Assembly (NCBI GenBank): GCA_044226255.1
Contig: JBGAHJ010000013.1
Span: 67,313 to 131,312 of the forward strand
Direction: 5' to 3'
Source: Rubrivivax sp.
GTDB lineage: Bacteria > Pseudomonadota > Gammaproteobacteria > Burkholderiales > Burkholderiaceae_C
Length of the DNA stretch: 64,000 nucleotides
Numbering within the stretch: the stretch's first letter is position 1; each line of letters starts with the position of its first letter. The position numbers and the translations under genes were made by a program. The notes under the pieces are model-generated. The model did not search any database and was not told the DNA's origin. It saw only the letters and a program-made list of their open reading frames with translations. Of the stretch, positions 29,376 to 40,205 are shown one piece after another.

Positions 29376-31438
29376 GCGCCGCCGCCAACCCGCTGCTGCA
29401 GGCCTGGGACACGCCGCACGGCCTGCCGCCGTACGCGCGCCTGCAGGCGCCGCAGTTCGAGCCCGCGCTGCGCGAGGCCATGGTGCAGCACCGGGCCGAA
29501 CTGGCCGCCATCGCGGCCGACCCGGCACCGCCCACGTTCGAGAACACGCTGGCCGCGTTCGACCGCGCCGGCCGCCTGCTCGACCGCGTGGCCACCGCGT
29601 TCTACAGCCTCACCGCGTCGGCCACCAGCCCCGAGCTGCAGGCGGTGCAGCGCCAGATGGCCGCGCCGATGGCGGCGCACCACAGCGCCGTGTACACCGA
29701 CGCGGCCCTGTTCGGGCGCGTGGAGGCGCTGCATGCGCAGCGCGAGACGCTCGGCCTGGGCGCGGAGCAGCGCCGGCTGCTGGATCGTGTGCACCTCGAC
29801 TTCGTGCGCGCCGGGGCGCGCCTGGAGCCGGCGGCACGTGCGCGTTACGCCCAGCTGATGCAGGAGCTGGCGCAGCTGACCACGCGCTTCGCGCAGAACG
29901 TGCTGCACGACGAGAGCAGCTGGCAGCTGCCGCTGGCGGGCGAGGCCGATCTGGTGGGCCTGCCGCCTTTCGTGCGCAGCGCGGCGCGCCAGGCGGCGGC
30001 CGAGCGCGGGCTGGAAGGCCACGCGATCACGCTGGCGCGCTCGCTGATCGTGCCCTTCCTCACCTTCTCCGAGCGGCGCGACCTGCGCGAGACCGCCTGG
30101 CGCGCGTGGACCGCGCGCGGCGAACACGCCGGCGAGCACGACAACCGCGAGCTGGTCCGCGACATCCTGCGCCTGCGCCAGGAGCAGGCGCGGCTGCACG
30201 GCCACGCGAGCTACGCCGACTTCGCGCTCACCGACACCATGGCCGGCACCCGCCAGGCCGTGCAACGCCTGCTCGACGAGGTATGGCCGCGCGCGCTGGA
30301 CAGCGCCGAGCGCGAACGCCAGGCCCTGCTGCGCGCGATGCAGGAGGCCGGCGCCGGCTCGTCGGTGCTGGAGGCCTGGGACTGGCGCTACTGGGCCGAG
30401 AAGGTCCGGCGCAGCCGCTATGCGCTGGACGACGCCGAGATCAAGCCCTACTTCGAGCTCGGCCGGGTGGTGCAGGCCGCGTTCGACTGCGCGCAGCGCC
30501 TGTTCGGCCTGTCCTTCACGCGGCGCGACGACATCCCGGTCTACCACCCCGACGTGGTGGCCTACGAGGTGCACGACGCGGCCGGCGCGCTGCGCGGCAT
30601 CTTCCTGCAGGACAACTTCGCGCGGCCCACCAAGCGCAGCGGCGCGTGGATGAGCGCGTTGCGCTGGCAGCATGCCAACGGCGGGCCGCAGATCCCGGTC
30701 ATCCTGAACAACAACAACTTCGCGAAAGGCGGCAACGGCGAGCCGACGCTGCTGTCGCTGGACGACGCGCGCACGCTGTTCCACGAGTTCGGGCACGGCC
30801 TGCACGGGCTGCTGTCGCAGGTGACCTACGAGCGGCTGTCGGGCACGCAGGTGCTGCGCGACTTCGTCGAGCTGCCGTCGCAGATCTTCGAGCACTGGAT
30901 CGGCGAGCCCGAGGTGCTGCGCCGCCATGCGCGCCACTTCCAGACCGGCGAGCCCATCCCCGACGACCTGGTGCGGCGGCTGAAGGCGGCGCAGCGTTTC
31001 GGCCAGGGCTACGACACCGTGCGCTACTGCGCCAGCGCGATCACCGACCTTGCGATCCACTCGCTGGAGGACACCGAGCCGCCGGCCGACGTCTGCGCCT
31101 TCGAGGCCCAGGTGCTGGAGCGCCAGGGCCTCTCGGGCCCGCTGGCCGCCACCGGCGCGATGCACCGCTTCGTGCACTTCCAGCACCTGTTCGCGAGCAG
31201 CGCCTACGCCTCGGGCTACTACGTGTACCTGTGGGCCGAGGTGCTGGACGCCGACGGCTACGAGGCCTTCACCGAGGCCGGCAGCCCGTTCGACGCCGCG
31301 GTGGCCGGGCGGCTGCTGAAGCACGTCTACGCCGCCGGCAACAGTGTCGAGCCCGGGGCCACCTACGTGGCCTTCCGGGGGCGGCCGCCGCAGGTGCAGC
31401 CGCTGCTGCGCAAGAAAGGCTTGCTGGAACCGGCCTGA
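29372..31438 (+). CDS. dcp: M3-family peptidyl-dipeptidase Dcp
   Basis: TFENT, RPTKRSGAWM, LFHEFGHGLH, DFVELPSQ, YYVYLWAEVLDAD. Confidence 0.9.
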   Translation: MSAAANPLLQAWDTPHGLPPYARLQAPQFEPALREAMVQHRAELAAIAADPAPPTFENTLAAFDRAGRLLDRVATAFYSLTASATSPELQAVQRQMAAPMAAHHSAVYTDAALFGRVEALHAQRETLGLGAEQRRLLDRVHLDFVRAGARLEPAARARYAQLMQELAQLTTRFAQNVLHDESSWQLPLAGEADLVGLPPFVRSAARQAAAERGLEGHAITLARSLIVPFLTFSERRDLRETAWRAWTARGEHAGEHDNRELVRDILRLRQEQARLHGHASYADFALTDTMAGTRQAVQRLLDEVWPRALDSAERERQALLRAMQEAGAGSSVLEAWDWRYWAEKVRRSRYALDDAEIKPYFELGRVVQAAFDCAQRLFGLSFTRRDDIPVYHPDVVAYEVHDAAGALRGIFLQDNFARPTKRSGAWMSALRWQHANGGPQIPVILNNNNFAKGGNGEPTLLSLDDARTLFHEFGHGLHGLLSQVTYERLSGTQVLRDFVELPSQIFEHWIGEPEVLRRHARHFQTGEPIPDDLVRRLKAAQRFGQGYDTVRYCASAITDLAIHSLEDTEPPADVCAFEAQVLERQGLSGPLAATGAMHRFVHFQHLFASSAYASGYYVYLWAEVLDADGYEAFTEAGSPFDAAVAGRLLKHVYAAGNSVEPGATYVAFRGRPPQVQPLLRKKGLLEPA

Positions 31439-31447
31439 ACGGGCCGG

Positions 31448-32221
31448 CTACATCGGCTTGAAGCGCCAGGCCCAGGCCTGGCTCACCGCCAGCGTCTCGC
31501 GGTGGTTCTTCAGGCTCAGCGTGAAGCGGCCCAGCTCGTCGCGCTGCGCGCGTGCGATCGCGCTGGCGCGCACGATCACGCCGCGGTGCACCTGCCAGAA
31601 CTCATCGGGGTCCAGCCCGTCGGCGATCTCGCGCAGTGCCTTGCGCACGTGCGCCTCGTCGGCGGCCGTGACGACGCGGGTGTATTTCTCGTCGCTCTGG
31701 AAGAAGATGACCTCGTCGATGCCGAACATCTTGATGGTGTCGCCCACGCTCGCGCTCAGCCAGCGCAGGCGCCCCGGCGCACCCGGGCTGCCGCCGCGCT
31801 GCTGCAGCTGGTGCGCCAGGCGCTCCACCAGCCCGTCGAGCGCCGGCGCCGCGGTGCGCGCGGCCAGCCGTTCGCGCAGGCGCTGCACGGCCTGCGCCAG
31901 GCGCTCCGCGGCGATGGGCTTGAGCAGGTAGTCCACCGCGCCGGCTTCGAAGGCGGCCACCGCGTGGCTGTCGTAGGCGGTGGTGAACACGGTGTGGCAG
32001 CGGCCGCTGGCGGCGCGCGCCACGTCCAGGCCCGACAGGCCCGGCATGCGGATGTCGAGGAACGCGATGTCCGGGCCGTGCTGGTCGATGGCTTCCACGG
32101 CGGCCGGGCCGTGTTCGCATTCGGCCACCACCTGCAGCTCGGGCCAGGCCGCCGACAGCATGCGGCGCAGCTCGGCGCGCGGCAGGTCTTCGTCGTCGGC
32201 GATCACCGCGGTGGGCGTCAT
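31448..32221 (-). CDS. LytTR response regulator
   Basis: IADDE, FLDIRMPGLSG, FTTAYD, DYLLKP, FQSDEKYT, QVHRG. Confidence 0.95.
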   Translation of the reverse strand: MTPTAVIADDEDLPRAELRRMLSAAWPELQVVAECEHGPAAVEAIDQHGPDIAFLDIRMPGLSGLDVARAASGRCHTVFTTAYDSHAVAAFEAGAVDYLLKPIAAERLAQAVQRLRERLAARTAAPALDGLVERLAHQLQQRGGSPGAPGRLRWLSASVGDTIKMFGIDEVIFFQSDEKYTRVVTAADEAHVRKALREIADGLDPDEFWQVHRGVIVRASAIARAQRDELGRFTLSLKNHRETLAVSQAWAWRFKPM

Positions 32222-33564
32222 GCCGGGTCCACCGGAATGGTCAGCGTCGCGGCCACGCCGCCTTCGGCGCGCGCGCGCAGCGCCAGCGCCGCGCGGCCCT
32301 GGTACATCTGCTGCAGCCGCTCGCGCACGTTGGTCAGGCCGAGCCCGCTGCCGGCGGCCGCGCCGGCGCCGAAGCCGGCGCCGTCGTCGGCCACCGACAC
32401 CTCGATGGCGCCGGCCTCGTTGCGGCGCGCCTCGACCTCGATGCGCGCCGGCCCGATCTTGGGCTCCACGCCGTGTTTCACCGCGTTCTCGGCCAGCGAG
32501 ATCAGCATCAGCGGCGGAAACGGCAGCGACAGCAATTCCGGTGCGGCGCGCACCTCCCATTGCAGCCGCGGCATGCGCGCGGCCATCAGGCCGAGGTAGG
32601 CGCGCACGATCTCCAGCTGGCCGCCGAGCGTGGCGTCGCTGCCCACCTGCGAACGCAGCCGCGGGATGCTGGCGCGCAGGTAGTCCACGAGGTGGTCGAT
32701 CATGTCGCTGGCGCGCCCCGGGTCGGTGGCGATGGCGCTGCGCACGCCGGCCAGCGTGTTGAACAGGAAGTGCGGCTCCACCTGGGCCGCCAGCACCGAC
32801 AGCTGCAGCTCGGCCTCGCGGCGCTGGGTCTGCGCGCGCGCCAGCTCGCGTTCGCGCGCCAGGTTCGCAAGGCCCTGTCGTTCGCGCCGGCGCGCCCAGA
32901 GCCCGGCGCCGCCACCCAGCCAGAAGGTGGACAGCGCGCTGGACAGCGCATTGGTCACGCGCGCGGTGTTCGACAGCTCCGGTGCCGCGCCCGGTCGCGC
33001 CGGCACCGCGGCGGAGGCTGCCTCCTCGGGCGTGGTCACCACCAGACCCACCGCCATCACCATGCGCTTGCGCCTGCCTTGTTCGTCCACCTGCCCGGTG
33101 GCCTCGGCGACCCACTGCTTCAGGTATTCGGCGCCCACCGCGTGGAAGGCCAGCAGCGCCAGCACCAGCGCCAGCAGCACGGCCGCCAGCGCGGCGGTCT
33201 CCTGGGCCGGCTCCAGGCCCTGGCGCCGCACCCACACGCACAGCCAGGGGCCGGCGACGAAGGGCACCGCCACCTGCACCGCCAGCTGCAGCAGCCCGCC
33301 GTAGGGCACGTCCTGCCAGCGCATCGCGAAGAAGGGAATCGCCAGCAGCGCCAGCACGAACAGGCTCAGCACGGCGAAAGCCCGCACCCGGCCCCGCGCC
33401 CAGGCCGGGCTGTACACCGGCCAGCGCCGGTAGCGCGAGAACCAGCCGTGGCCGCTACCGGCCAGCTCGGGCGGCAGCGGTTCGTCCAGCGCGGTGTCCA
33501 GCCGCTGGTCGGCCCTTCGCGCCAGCTGCGGGCTGTCCAGGGGAAGGGGTGAGACCGCCGACAT
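32218..33564 (-). CDS. LytS-like sensor histidine kinase
   Basis: TM helices; LAAQVEPHFLFNTLA; ENAVKHG; VADDGAG; GLGLTNVRERL. Confidence 0.95.
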   Translation of the reverse strand: MSAVSPLPLDSPQLARRADQRLDTALDEPLPPELAGSGHGWFSRYRRWPVYSPAWARGRVRAFAVLSLFVLALLAIPFFAMRWQDVPYGGLLQLAVQVAVPFVAGPWLCVWVRRQGLEPAQETAALAAVLLALVLALLAFHAVGAEYLKQWVAEATGQVDEQGRRKRMVMAVGLVVTTPEEAASAAVPARPGAAPELSNTARVTNALSSALSTFWLGGGAGLWARRRERQGLANLARERELARAQTQRREAELQLSVLAAQVEPHFLFNTLAGVRSAIATDPGRASDMIDHLVDYLRASIPRLRSQVGSDATLGGQLEIVRAYLGLMAARMPRLQWEVRAAPELLSLPFPPLMLISLAENAVKHGVEPKIGPARIEVEARRNEAGAIEVSVADDGAGFGAGAAAGSGLGLTNVRERLQQMYQGRAALALRARAEGGVAATLTIPVDPA

Positions 33565-33643
33565 GAAGGCAAGCCTAACCCGGCCGGCGCGCAAACCCGC
33601 GCCACGCGCGACCAAGACCGTGCGCGGCGCGACAGAATGGGCC

Positions 33644-34603
33644 ATGCACCACCCGATCCCGCGCCGGCATCTGCTCGCCCTGGGCGCGCTGCTGCCGCTG
33701 CCGGTGCACCCCGAGCCGGCGCTGACGACGGGTGACTGGCGCGACGGCGCGCGCCAGCGCACGGTGCCCTGGCTGCTGCGCCAGCCGGCCGGCGCCGGCC
33801 CGTGGCCCTGGGTGGTCTACAGCCACGGCCTGGGCGGCTCGCGCGAAGGCGGCTGGCGCTGGGGCGAGGCCTGGGCCGCGGCGGGCGTGGCGGTGCTGCA
33901 CCTTCAGCATGCGGGCAGCGACAGCGGCATCCTGCGCGCGGGGCTGGACGCGGTGCGCAGCGCCGCCAGCGTCGAGCAGCTGATCGCCCGCGTCGGCGAC
34001 GTGCAGTTCGCCCTGGAGGAGGCGGCGCGGCGCGCCGTTGCCGGCGAGCCCCCTTGGACGCGCCTGCGCCGCGACGCCATCGGCATGGCCGGCCACTCGT
34101 TCGGCGCGGTCACCACGCAGGCGCTGGCCGGCGAACGCTTTGCCGGCGGCCGCGCGCTGGACGAGCCGCGGCTGCGCGCCTTCATCGCCTTCAGCCCCTC
34201 GGTGCGGCGCGACGGCCGCCCCGTGCGCGAGGCCTTCGGCGGCATCACGCGCCCGTTCCTGGGCGTGACCGGCTCGGCCGACGGCGACCCGCTCGCCGGC
34301 ACGCACGACGGCGCGCCGCGGGCAGCGGTCTACGAAGGCCTGCCGCCCGGGCGGCGCGCGCTGCTGTGGCTGGACGGCGCCGACCACGCCACCTGCGGCG
34401 GCGGCCGCCCGCCGGGCCTGCCGGCGCGCGCGCTGCAGGCACGCAGCGCGGTGGCCCGGCAGCGCGAGCCTGCTCACCAGGCGCTGGCGGCGCGGCTCGG
34501 CACCCTGTGGTGGCAGGCCTACCTGGCCGGCGACGAGGCGGCGCGTGCCGCACTGCGCACCGTCGACGACCTCGGGCCCGGCGACCGCTGGCGCATCGAC
34601 TAA
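33644..34603 (+). CDS. Alpha/beta hydrolase (dienelactone hydrolase/PAF-AH-like)
   Basis: VVYSHGLGGSR, LHLQHAGSD, GMAGHSFGA (GxSxG), ADH. Confidence 0.85.
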   Translation: MHHPIPRRHLLALGALLPLPVHPEPALTTGDWRDGARQRTVPWLLRQPAGAGPWPWVVYSHGLGGSREGGWRWGEAWAAAGVAVLHLQHAGSDSGILRAGLDAVRSAASVEQLIARVGDVQFALEEAARRAVAGEPPWTRLRRDAIGMAGHSFGAVTTQALAGERFAGGRALDEPRLRAFIAFSPSVRRDGRPVREAFGGITRPFLGVTGSADGDPLAGTHDGAPRAAVYEGLPPGRRALLWLDGADHATCGGGRPPGLPARALQARSAVARQREPAHQALAARLGTLWWQAYLAGDEAARAALRTVDDLGPGDRWRID

Positions 34604-34635
34604 GCTCGCGCCCGCTGTACAGGAGACCAGCCGCC

Positions 34636-35655
34636 ATGTTCGACACCGCCATCGCGGGCAGCCTGCCCAAGCCTTCGTGGCTCGCCGAGACCGAGAAGCT
34701 GTGGCCGAAGTGGAAGGCCGAGGGGGCCGAGCTGGCGCAGGCCAAGCTGGACGCCACGCTGCTGTGGATCAAGGCGCAGGAAGACGCGGGCCTGAGCACC
34801 ATCGGCGACGGCGAGCAGAGCCGCCAGCACTTCGTGCACGGCTTCCTCGAGCAGGTGGAAGGCATCGACTTCGAGCACAAGGTCGAGATGGGCATCCGCG
34901 CCGACCGCTACAAGGCGATGGTGCCGCAGGTCGTCGCGCCGCTGCGCCTCAAGGGCCGCGTGCATGCCGCCGAGGCGCGTTTCCTGCGCGCGCACACCAA
35001 GCGCAAAGTCAAGTTCACGCTGCCCGGCCCGATGACGATCGTCGACACCGTGGCCGACCGCTTCTACGGCGACCGGGTCAGGCTGGCGATGGCCTTCGCC
35101 GAGCTGCTGAACCAGGAAGCGCTTGCGCTGCAGGCCGACGGCGTGGACATCGTGCAGTTCGACGAGCCGGCCTTCAACGTCTACATGGCCGACGCCGCCG
35201 ACTGGGGCGTGCAGGCGCTCGAACGTGCGGCGCAGGGCCTTGTGTGCACCACCGCCGTCCACATCTGCTACGGCTACGGCATCCAGGCCAACGTCGACTG
35301 GAAGAACGCGCTCGGCCAGGAGTGGCGCCAGTACGAGCAGGTGTTCCCGGCGCTCGCGAAGAGCTCCATCGACCAGGTCAGCCTGGAGTGCATCCATTCG
35401 CACGTGCCGCCCGACCTGATGGGCCTGCTCAAGGGCAAGGACGTGATGGTGGGCGTGATCGACGTCGCCAGCGACACGATCGAGACACCCGAGGAGGTGG
35501 CCGACACCATCGGCCGTGCGCTGCAGTTCGTGCCGAAGGACCGCCTGATCGCCTGCACCAACTGCGGCCTGGCGCCGATGAAGCGCGCGGTGGCCGAGGC
35601 CAAGCTGCGCGCGCTGGCCGCCGGCGCGGCGCTGGCCCGGGCCAACCTGGGCTAG
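34636..35655 (+). CDS. Cobalamin-independent core methionine synthase (MesD-like)
   Basis: AGSLPKPSWLAE..LW, DGEQSRQHFV, LPGPMTI.DT, VHICYGYG, SLEC, TNCG (Zn ligands); single-barrel length. Confidence 0.85.
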   Translation: MFDTAIAGSLPKPSWLAETEKLWPKWKAEGAELAQAKLDATLLWIKAQEDAGLSTIGDGEQSRQHFVHGFLEQVEGIDFEHKVEMGIRADRYKAMVPQVVAPLRLKGRVHAAEARFLRAHTKRKVKFTLPGPMTIVDTVADRFYGDRVRLAMAFAELLNQEALALQADGVDIVQFDEPAFNVYMADAADWGVQALERAAQGLVCTTAVHICYGYGIQANVDWKNALGQEWRQYEQVFPALAKSSIDQVSLECIHSHVPPDLMGLLKGKDVMVGVIDVASDTIETPEEVADTIGRALQFVPKDRLIACTNCGLAPMKRAVAEAKLRALAAGAALARANLG

Positions 35656-36360
35656 CTAGGAATTGAGCGCGGCCACCACCTCGGAGTGGAACTCGCGCCG
35701 GTACAGGATGAAGATCACGAACGCGGTGGCCGCCATGTACGCCCAGGGCGAGAAGAACCAGGCCGTGACCGCGAAGCTCATGTAGTAGGCGCGCAGGCCG
35801 TCGTTGAAGGTCTCGGCGGCCAGGCCCATCACGCGGCCGGCGCGGGCCGCGAAGGCATCGCGCTCGGCGTCGGTGGTGAAGCGCTCGGCAGCCGGTGCCG
35901 CGGCCACCACCAGCGCGCCGAAGGTGTACTGGCGCAGGCTCCAGGTGAAGCGGAAGAACGCATAGACGAAGATCGCCGTCAGCACCACCACCTTGAGGTC
36001 GAACACCAGCAGCGAGGTGCGCGCGGCGAACGGGATCTCGCGCACGATCTCGCTGGCCCGGTCGGTGGTGGACAGCACCGCCAGCAGGCCACCGATGATG
36101 AGGATGGTGGTGCTGGCGAAGAACGAGGGGCTCGCCGAGAGGTTCTGCACCACCGCGCTGTCGACGATGCGGTTCTCGCGCCAGGTGGCCTGCAGCATCC
36201 AGCGCGTGCGCTCGCGGTTCGTCAACGCCAGCACCGAAGGCTGCACCGCGGCGCGCCGGTGCGCGAAGCGCGCATAGCCCACCCAGGCGCCGAAGAACAG
36301 CAGCAGGGCGGCCCAGTCGGCGCCGGGCAGCACCTGCAGCAGGGTCAGCAAGGTGTTCAT
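35656..36360 (-). CDS. DUF599 membrane protein
   Basis: SFFASTTILIIGG, FFRFTWSLRQY, FNDGLRAYY. Confidence 0.85.
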   Translation of the reverse strand: MNTLLTLLQVLPGADWAALLLFFGAWVGYARFAHRRAAVQPSVLALTNRERTRWMLQATWRENRIVDSAVVQNLSASPSFFASTTILIIGGLLAVLSTTDRASEIVREIPFAARTSLLVFDLKVVVLTAIFVYAFFRFTWSLRQYTFGALVVAAAPAAERFTTDAERDAFAARAGRVMGLAAETFNDGLRAYYMSFAVTAWFFSPWAYMAATAFVIFILYRREFHSEVVAALNS

Positions 36361-36391
36361 GCGGGCGCACTGTAGCGCCCGCGTCGGCGTG

Positions 36392-36946
36392 TCACGCGAA
36401 CTTCGCGAGCGCCGCCTTCACGCGCTGGCCGAAGGCCTTCGCGGTGGCCAGGTCGCCCGGCACCATCTCCTCGGCCGAGGCGTCGGACGGCGTGGCGGTG
36501 ATGAGACCGGTGTAGCCGCCCAGGTGGTTGATGTCGTCGCGGCCGTGCTTCTTCGCGTTCGGCGCCTGCATCCCGGAGCCCACCCAGAACATGCTGTGCT
36601 GCTGCGACAGCGTCACCAGGTAGGTCACGGTGTTGAACTTGTCGCCGTTGAGCGTGGCGCTGTTGGTGAAGCCGGCGGCCAGCTTGTCCTTCCAGACCTG
36701 GCTGTACCAGGGCTTGCTGGACGCGTCGGCGAACTTCTTGAACTGCCAGCTCGGGCCGCCCATGTAGGTGGGCGTGCCGAACACGATGGCGCCGGCCGCG
36801 GCCAGCTGGTCCCAGCCGCCTTCCGGGAGATTGCCTTCGGCGTCGATGGCCAGCAGCGTGCCGCCGCTGCCTTCGGCCACCGCTTCGGCGACCTTCTTCG
36901 TGTGGCCGTAGCCGCTGTGGAAGACGATGACGATGTTCTTGCTCAT
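36392..36946 (-). CDS. Flavodoxin/WrbA-like NAD(P)H:quinone oxidoreductase
   Basis: FHSGYGHT, FGTPTYMG, FADASSKPW, AAGFTNS. Confidence 0.9.
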   Translation of the reverse strand: MSKNIVIVFHSGYGHTKKVAEAVAEGSGGTLLAIDAEGNLPEGGWDQLAAAGAIVFGTPTYMGGPSWQFKKFADASSKPWYSQVWKDKLAAGFTNSATLNGDKFNTVTYLVTLSQQHSMFWVGSGMQAPNAKKHGRDDINHLGGYTGLITATPSDASAEEMVPGDLATAKAFGQRVKAALAKFA

Positions 36947-36995
36947 GTTGAGAAGCTCCCGTGGGGGCTGTGGTGGGGTGAAGGGACGGGGTGGA

Positions 36996-37433
36996 TCAGG
37001 CGCGTGCCAGCGCCGGGCGGCGCGCGGCGATGCGCGCGTCGATGCTGGCCGGGCCGGCGCCGAAGGCCACCACCATCAGCAGGCCGCCGGCGACCGCGAG
37101 GTTCTTCATGAACATCAGCTGCTGCACGTAGGCCTGGTCGGCGGGCATGGCCCAGAAGTTGTGGAACAGGATGGACGCGGCCAGCGTGAACAGCGCCAGC
37201 GCGCCGGCGGCCCAGCGCGCCTGCAGGCCGAACGCGAGCGCCAGGCCGCCCACCACTTCCAGGGTGGCGGTGGCGAAGGCCAGCAGGCCCGGCAGCGGCA
37301 GGCCCTTGCTGGCGATGTAGCCGGCGGTGCCCTCGAGCCCGGCGAACTTCGAGAAGCCCGCCAGCACGAACATCAGCGCCAGCAGCACGCGGGCGGCAAT
37401 CACGACGGGGGCGGAGGTGGGGGTGTGGTTCAC
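36996..37433 (-). CDS. DoxX-family membrane protein
   Basis: GTG start; ARVLLALMFVLAGFSK, FHNFW, FMKNLAVAGGLL. Confidence 0.9.
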   Translation of the reverse strand: MNHTPTSAPVVIAARVLLALMFVLAGFSKFAGLEGTAGYIASKGLPLPGLLAFATATLEVVGGLALAFGLQARWAAGALALFTLAASILFHNFWAMPADQAYVQQLMFMKNLAVAGGLLMVVAFGAGPASIDARIAARRPALARA

Positions 37434-37477
37434 GATGGTTCCTTCGAAAATGAGTGAATCGGGAAATGGAGGGTCCG

Positions 37478-38179
37478 TCAGGGCGCCAGGTCGAACACCA
37501 GCACCTCGGCGTCTTCGCCGCCTTCGAGCACCAGCTGCGTCTCCTGGTCGAGGCGCAGGGCGTCGCCGGCCTTCAGCTCGCGGTCGTTCACGCGCAGCGT
37601 GCCGCGCACCAGGTGCACGTAGGCGATGCGCGCCGGATCGAGCGCCAGCTCGGCGCGTTCGCCGCCGGTGAAGAGCCCGGCGCGCAGCCGCGCATCCGCA
37701 TGGATCGTCACCGAGCCGTCGTGTCCGTCGGGCGAGGCCACGGTCACGAGCTTGCCGCGCTTGTCGGCCGCGGCGAAGTGCTTCTGCTCGTAGCCGGGCG
37801 CGATGCCGGCGCGGTCGGGCAGGATCCAGATCTGCAGGAAGTGCGTCGTCGCGTCGGGCGCATGGTTGAACTCGCTGTGGCGCACGCCGGTGCCGGCGCT
37901 CATGCGCTGCACGTCGCCGGGGCGGATCACGCCGTCGGTGCCGATGCTGTCCTTGTGCGCCAGCGCGCCGTCGAGCACGTAGCTCACGATCTCCATGTCG
38001 CGGTGGCCGTGCATGCCGAAGCCGGTGCCGGGCGCGATGCGGTCCTCGTTGATCACGCGCAGGTTGCCCACGCCCATGTGGCGGGGGTCGTAGTAGTCGG
38101 CGAACGAGAAGCTGTGGAAGCTCTTGAGCCACCCGTGGTCGGCATAGCCGCGGTCGGCTGATTTGCGTAGCGTCTGCAT
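37478..38179 (-). CDS. Pirin-family protein (YhaK-like)
   Basis: RGYADHGWLKSFHSFSFA, HGHRDMEI, HSEFN, FLQIWI. Confidence 0.95.
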   Translation of the reverse strand: MQTLRKSADRGYADHGWLKSFHSFSFADYYDPRHMGVGNLRVINEDRIAPGTGFGMHGHRDMEIVSYVLDGALAHKDSIGTDGVIRPGDVQRMSAGTGVRHSEFNHAPDATTHFLQIWILPDRAGIAPGYEQKHFAAADKRGKLVTVASPDGHDGSVTIHADARLRAGLFTGGERAELALDPARIAYVHLVRGTLRVNDRELKAGDALRLDQETQLVLEGGEDAEVLVFDLAP

Positions 38180-38269
38180 GGTTGGCATCTCCTTGGCAGC
38201 CAATGTAGGCGCCCGGTGCGCGGCGGGGGCTGACGCGCCTTGACGAGCCCGTTCAAATAAGATGAAGGC

Positions 38270-39298
38270 ATGCCCGACGCCGCCGAACGCCCGACCGAAC
38301 GCCCCACGGCCGACCGCAGCGCCACCGAGCGCTTCCACGCGCTGACGCCCGAGGCGCTGGCGATGATGGACACCATCGCCCGCACCGGCAGCTTCGCCGC
38401 GGCGGCGCGCGAGCTGGGCAAGGTGCCTTCGGCGCTGACCTACAGCGTGCGCCAGCTGGAAGAGGCGCTGGACGTGCTGCTGTTCGACCGCAGCTCGCGG
38501 CAGGCCCAGCTCACCGCCGCCGGCAGCGAGCTGCTGCACGAGGGCCGCCGGCTGCTGTGCGAGATGGACGCCGTGGCCAACCGCGTGCGCCGCGTGGCCA
38601 GCGGCTGGGAGCCGCAGCTGTCGATCAGCGTCGAGGACATCCTGTCGGTGCCGACCATGTTCGAGCTGGTGCAGGCCTTCTACGAGCTGCGCGGCACGGC
38701 CGACACGGCCGACGGCCCTGCCACGCGCCTGCGCCTGCGCACCGACGTGCTGGCCGGCACCTGGGAGGCGCTGATCAGCGGCCAGGTGGATCTCGCCATC
38801 GGCGTCAGCGCGCTGCACGAGAACCCGGGCGGCGTGGAACTGCGCCCGCTGGGGGCGATGGCCTTCGTGTTCTGCGTCGCCCCGCACCACCCGCTGGCCG
38901 GCGCCACCGAGCCGCTCACCGACGTGCAGCTGGTGCGCCACCGCGCGGTGGCGGTGGCCGATTCGGCGCAGCGCATGACGCCGCTCACCGTCAACCTGCT
39001 GCCCGGCCAGGACGTGCTGACCGTGCCCAACATGCGCGTGAAGCTGGAGGCACTGCTGCGCTGCCTGGGCTGCGGCTTCCTGCCCGAACCGCTGGTGCGC
39101 CCGCACCTGGAGGCCGGCACGCTGGTGCAGAAGAGCACCGCGCGCGCCGCGCTGCAGGCCGAGCTGCACTACGCCTGGCGCGCCGACCGCGCCGGCCCGC
39201 TGGGCCTGGGCCGCGGCCTGCAGTGGTGGCTGAAGCAGCTGGAGAGCCCGACCACGCGGCGCGCGCTGCTGGAGCGCCACGCCGGCCCGCTCGGCTGA
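38270..39298 (+). CDS. LysR-family regulator (YhaJ-like)
   Basis: [26 protein letters not shown]; divergent from pirin. Confidence 0.9.
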   Translation: MPDAAERPTERPTADRSATERFHALTPEALAMMDTIARTGSFAAAARELGKVPSALTYSVRQLEEALDVLLFDRSSRQAQLTAAGSELLHEGRRLLCEMDAVANRVRRVASGWEPQLSISVEDILSVPTMFELVQAFYELRGTADTADGPATRLRLRTDVLAGTWEALISGQVDLAIGVSALHENPGGVELRPLGAMAFVFCVAPHHPLAGATEPLTDVQLVRHRAVAVADSAQRMTPLTVNLLPGQDVLTVPNMRVKLEALLRCLGCGFLPEPLVRPHLEAGTLVQKSTARAALQAELHYAWRADRAGPLGLGRGLQWWLKQLESPTTRRALLERHAGPLG

Positions 39299-39305
39299 CA
39301 CGCGC

Positions 39306-40205
39306 GTGCAGCCGGCCTACCGCGGCCGCTTCGCGCCGTCGCCCACCGGCGCGCTGCACGCCGGCTCGCTGGTGGCGGCGCTGGCCAGCTGGCTCGACGC
39401 GCGCGCCCACGGCGGCGCGTGGCTGGTGCGCATCGAGGACGTAGACACGCCCCGCTGCGTGCCTGGCGCCGACGCCGAGATCCTGCGCCAGCTCGCCGCC
39501 TGCGGGCTGCTGCCCGACGAGCCGGTGCTGTGGCAGTCCACGCGCGGCGCGGCCTACGCGCAAGCGCTGCAAGGGCTGGTGGATGCCGGGCTGGCCTACC
39601 CCTGCAGCTGCAGCCGCAGGGACATCGCGGCCTGGTGGCAGGCGCGCGGCGTGACGCAGGAATCCGAGGCCGAGCTGGTCTACCCGGGCACCTGCCGCGA
39701 CGGTCTGCACGGCAGGCCGGCGCGGGCCTGGCGCCTGCGCGCCGAGGGCGCGGTGCGCTGGCACGACCGGCGACTGGGCGCCCAGGCGCAGGACGTCGGG
39801 GCGGCAGTCGGCGACTTCGTGCTGCGCCGGGCCGACGGCCTGTGGGCCTACCAGCTGGCGGTGGTGGTGGACGACGCGGCGCAGGGCATCACCGACGTCG
39901 TGCGCGGCGAGGACCTGGCCGACAACACGGCCCGACAGATCCTGCTGCAGCGAGCGCTCGGACTGCCCACCCCGCGCTACCTGCACAGCCCGCTGGTGCT
40001 CGCCGGCGACGGCCGCAAGCTCAGCAAGCAGAACGGCGCGGTGCCGCTGGACCTGTCCGACCCGCTGCACGCCCTGGGCCGGGCCGGCGCGGTGCTCGGG
40101 CTGCCGCCGCTGGCGGCGCCCTCGGCCGCGGACTGGCTCCACGCGGCGGTGCAGGCCTGGGCTGGCATCATCGCGGGCTTCACAACCAGGAGCGAATCCC
40201 CATGA
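39306..40205 (+). CDS. gluQ: Glutamyl-Q tRNA(Asp) synthetase
   Basis: [40 protein letters not shown]; lacks anticodon domain. Confidence 0.95.
   Translation: MQPAYRGRFAPSPTGALHAGSLVAALASWLDARAHGGAWLVRIEDVDTPRCVPGADAEILRQLAACGLLPDEPVLWQSTRGAAYAQALQGLVDAGLAYPCSCSRRDIAAWWQARGVTQESEAELVYPGTCRDGLHGRPARAWRLRAEGAVRWHDRRLGAQAQDVGAAVGDFVLRRADGLWAYQLAVVVDDAAQGITDVVRGEDLADNTARQILLQRALGLPTPRYLHSPLVLAGDGRKLSKQNGAVPLDLSDPLHALGRAGAVLGLPPLAAPSAADWLHAAVQAWAGIIAGFTTRSESP

Noticed and set aside
35653-35658. Abutting convergent stops (TAGCTA) and several gene ends in CTAG
   Set aside because: No flanking inverted repeats; explained by TAG stops after C-ending codons.
36392-39298. LysR-pirin-DoxX-flavodoxin module
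   Set aside because: Widespread, well-known redox-stress module (yhaJ/yhaK-like).
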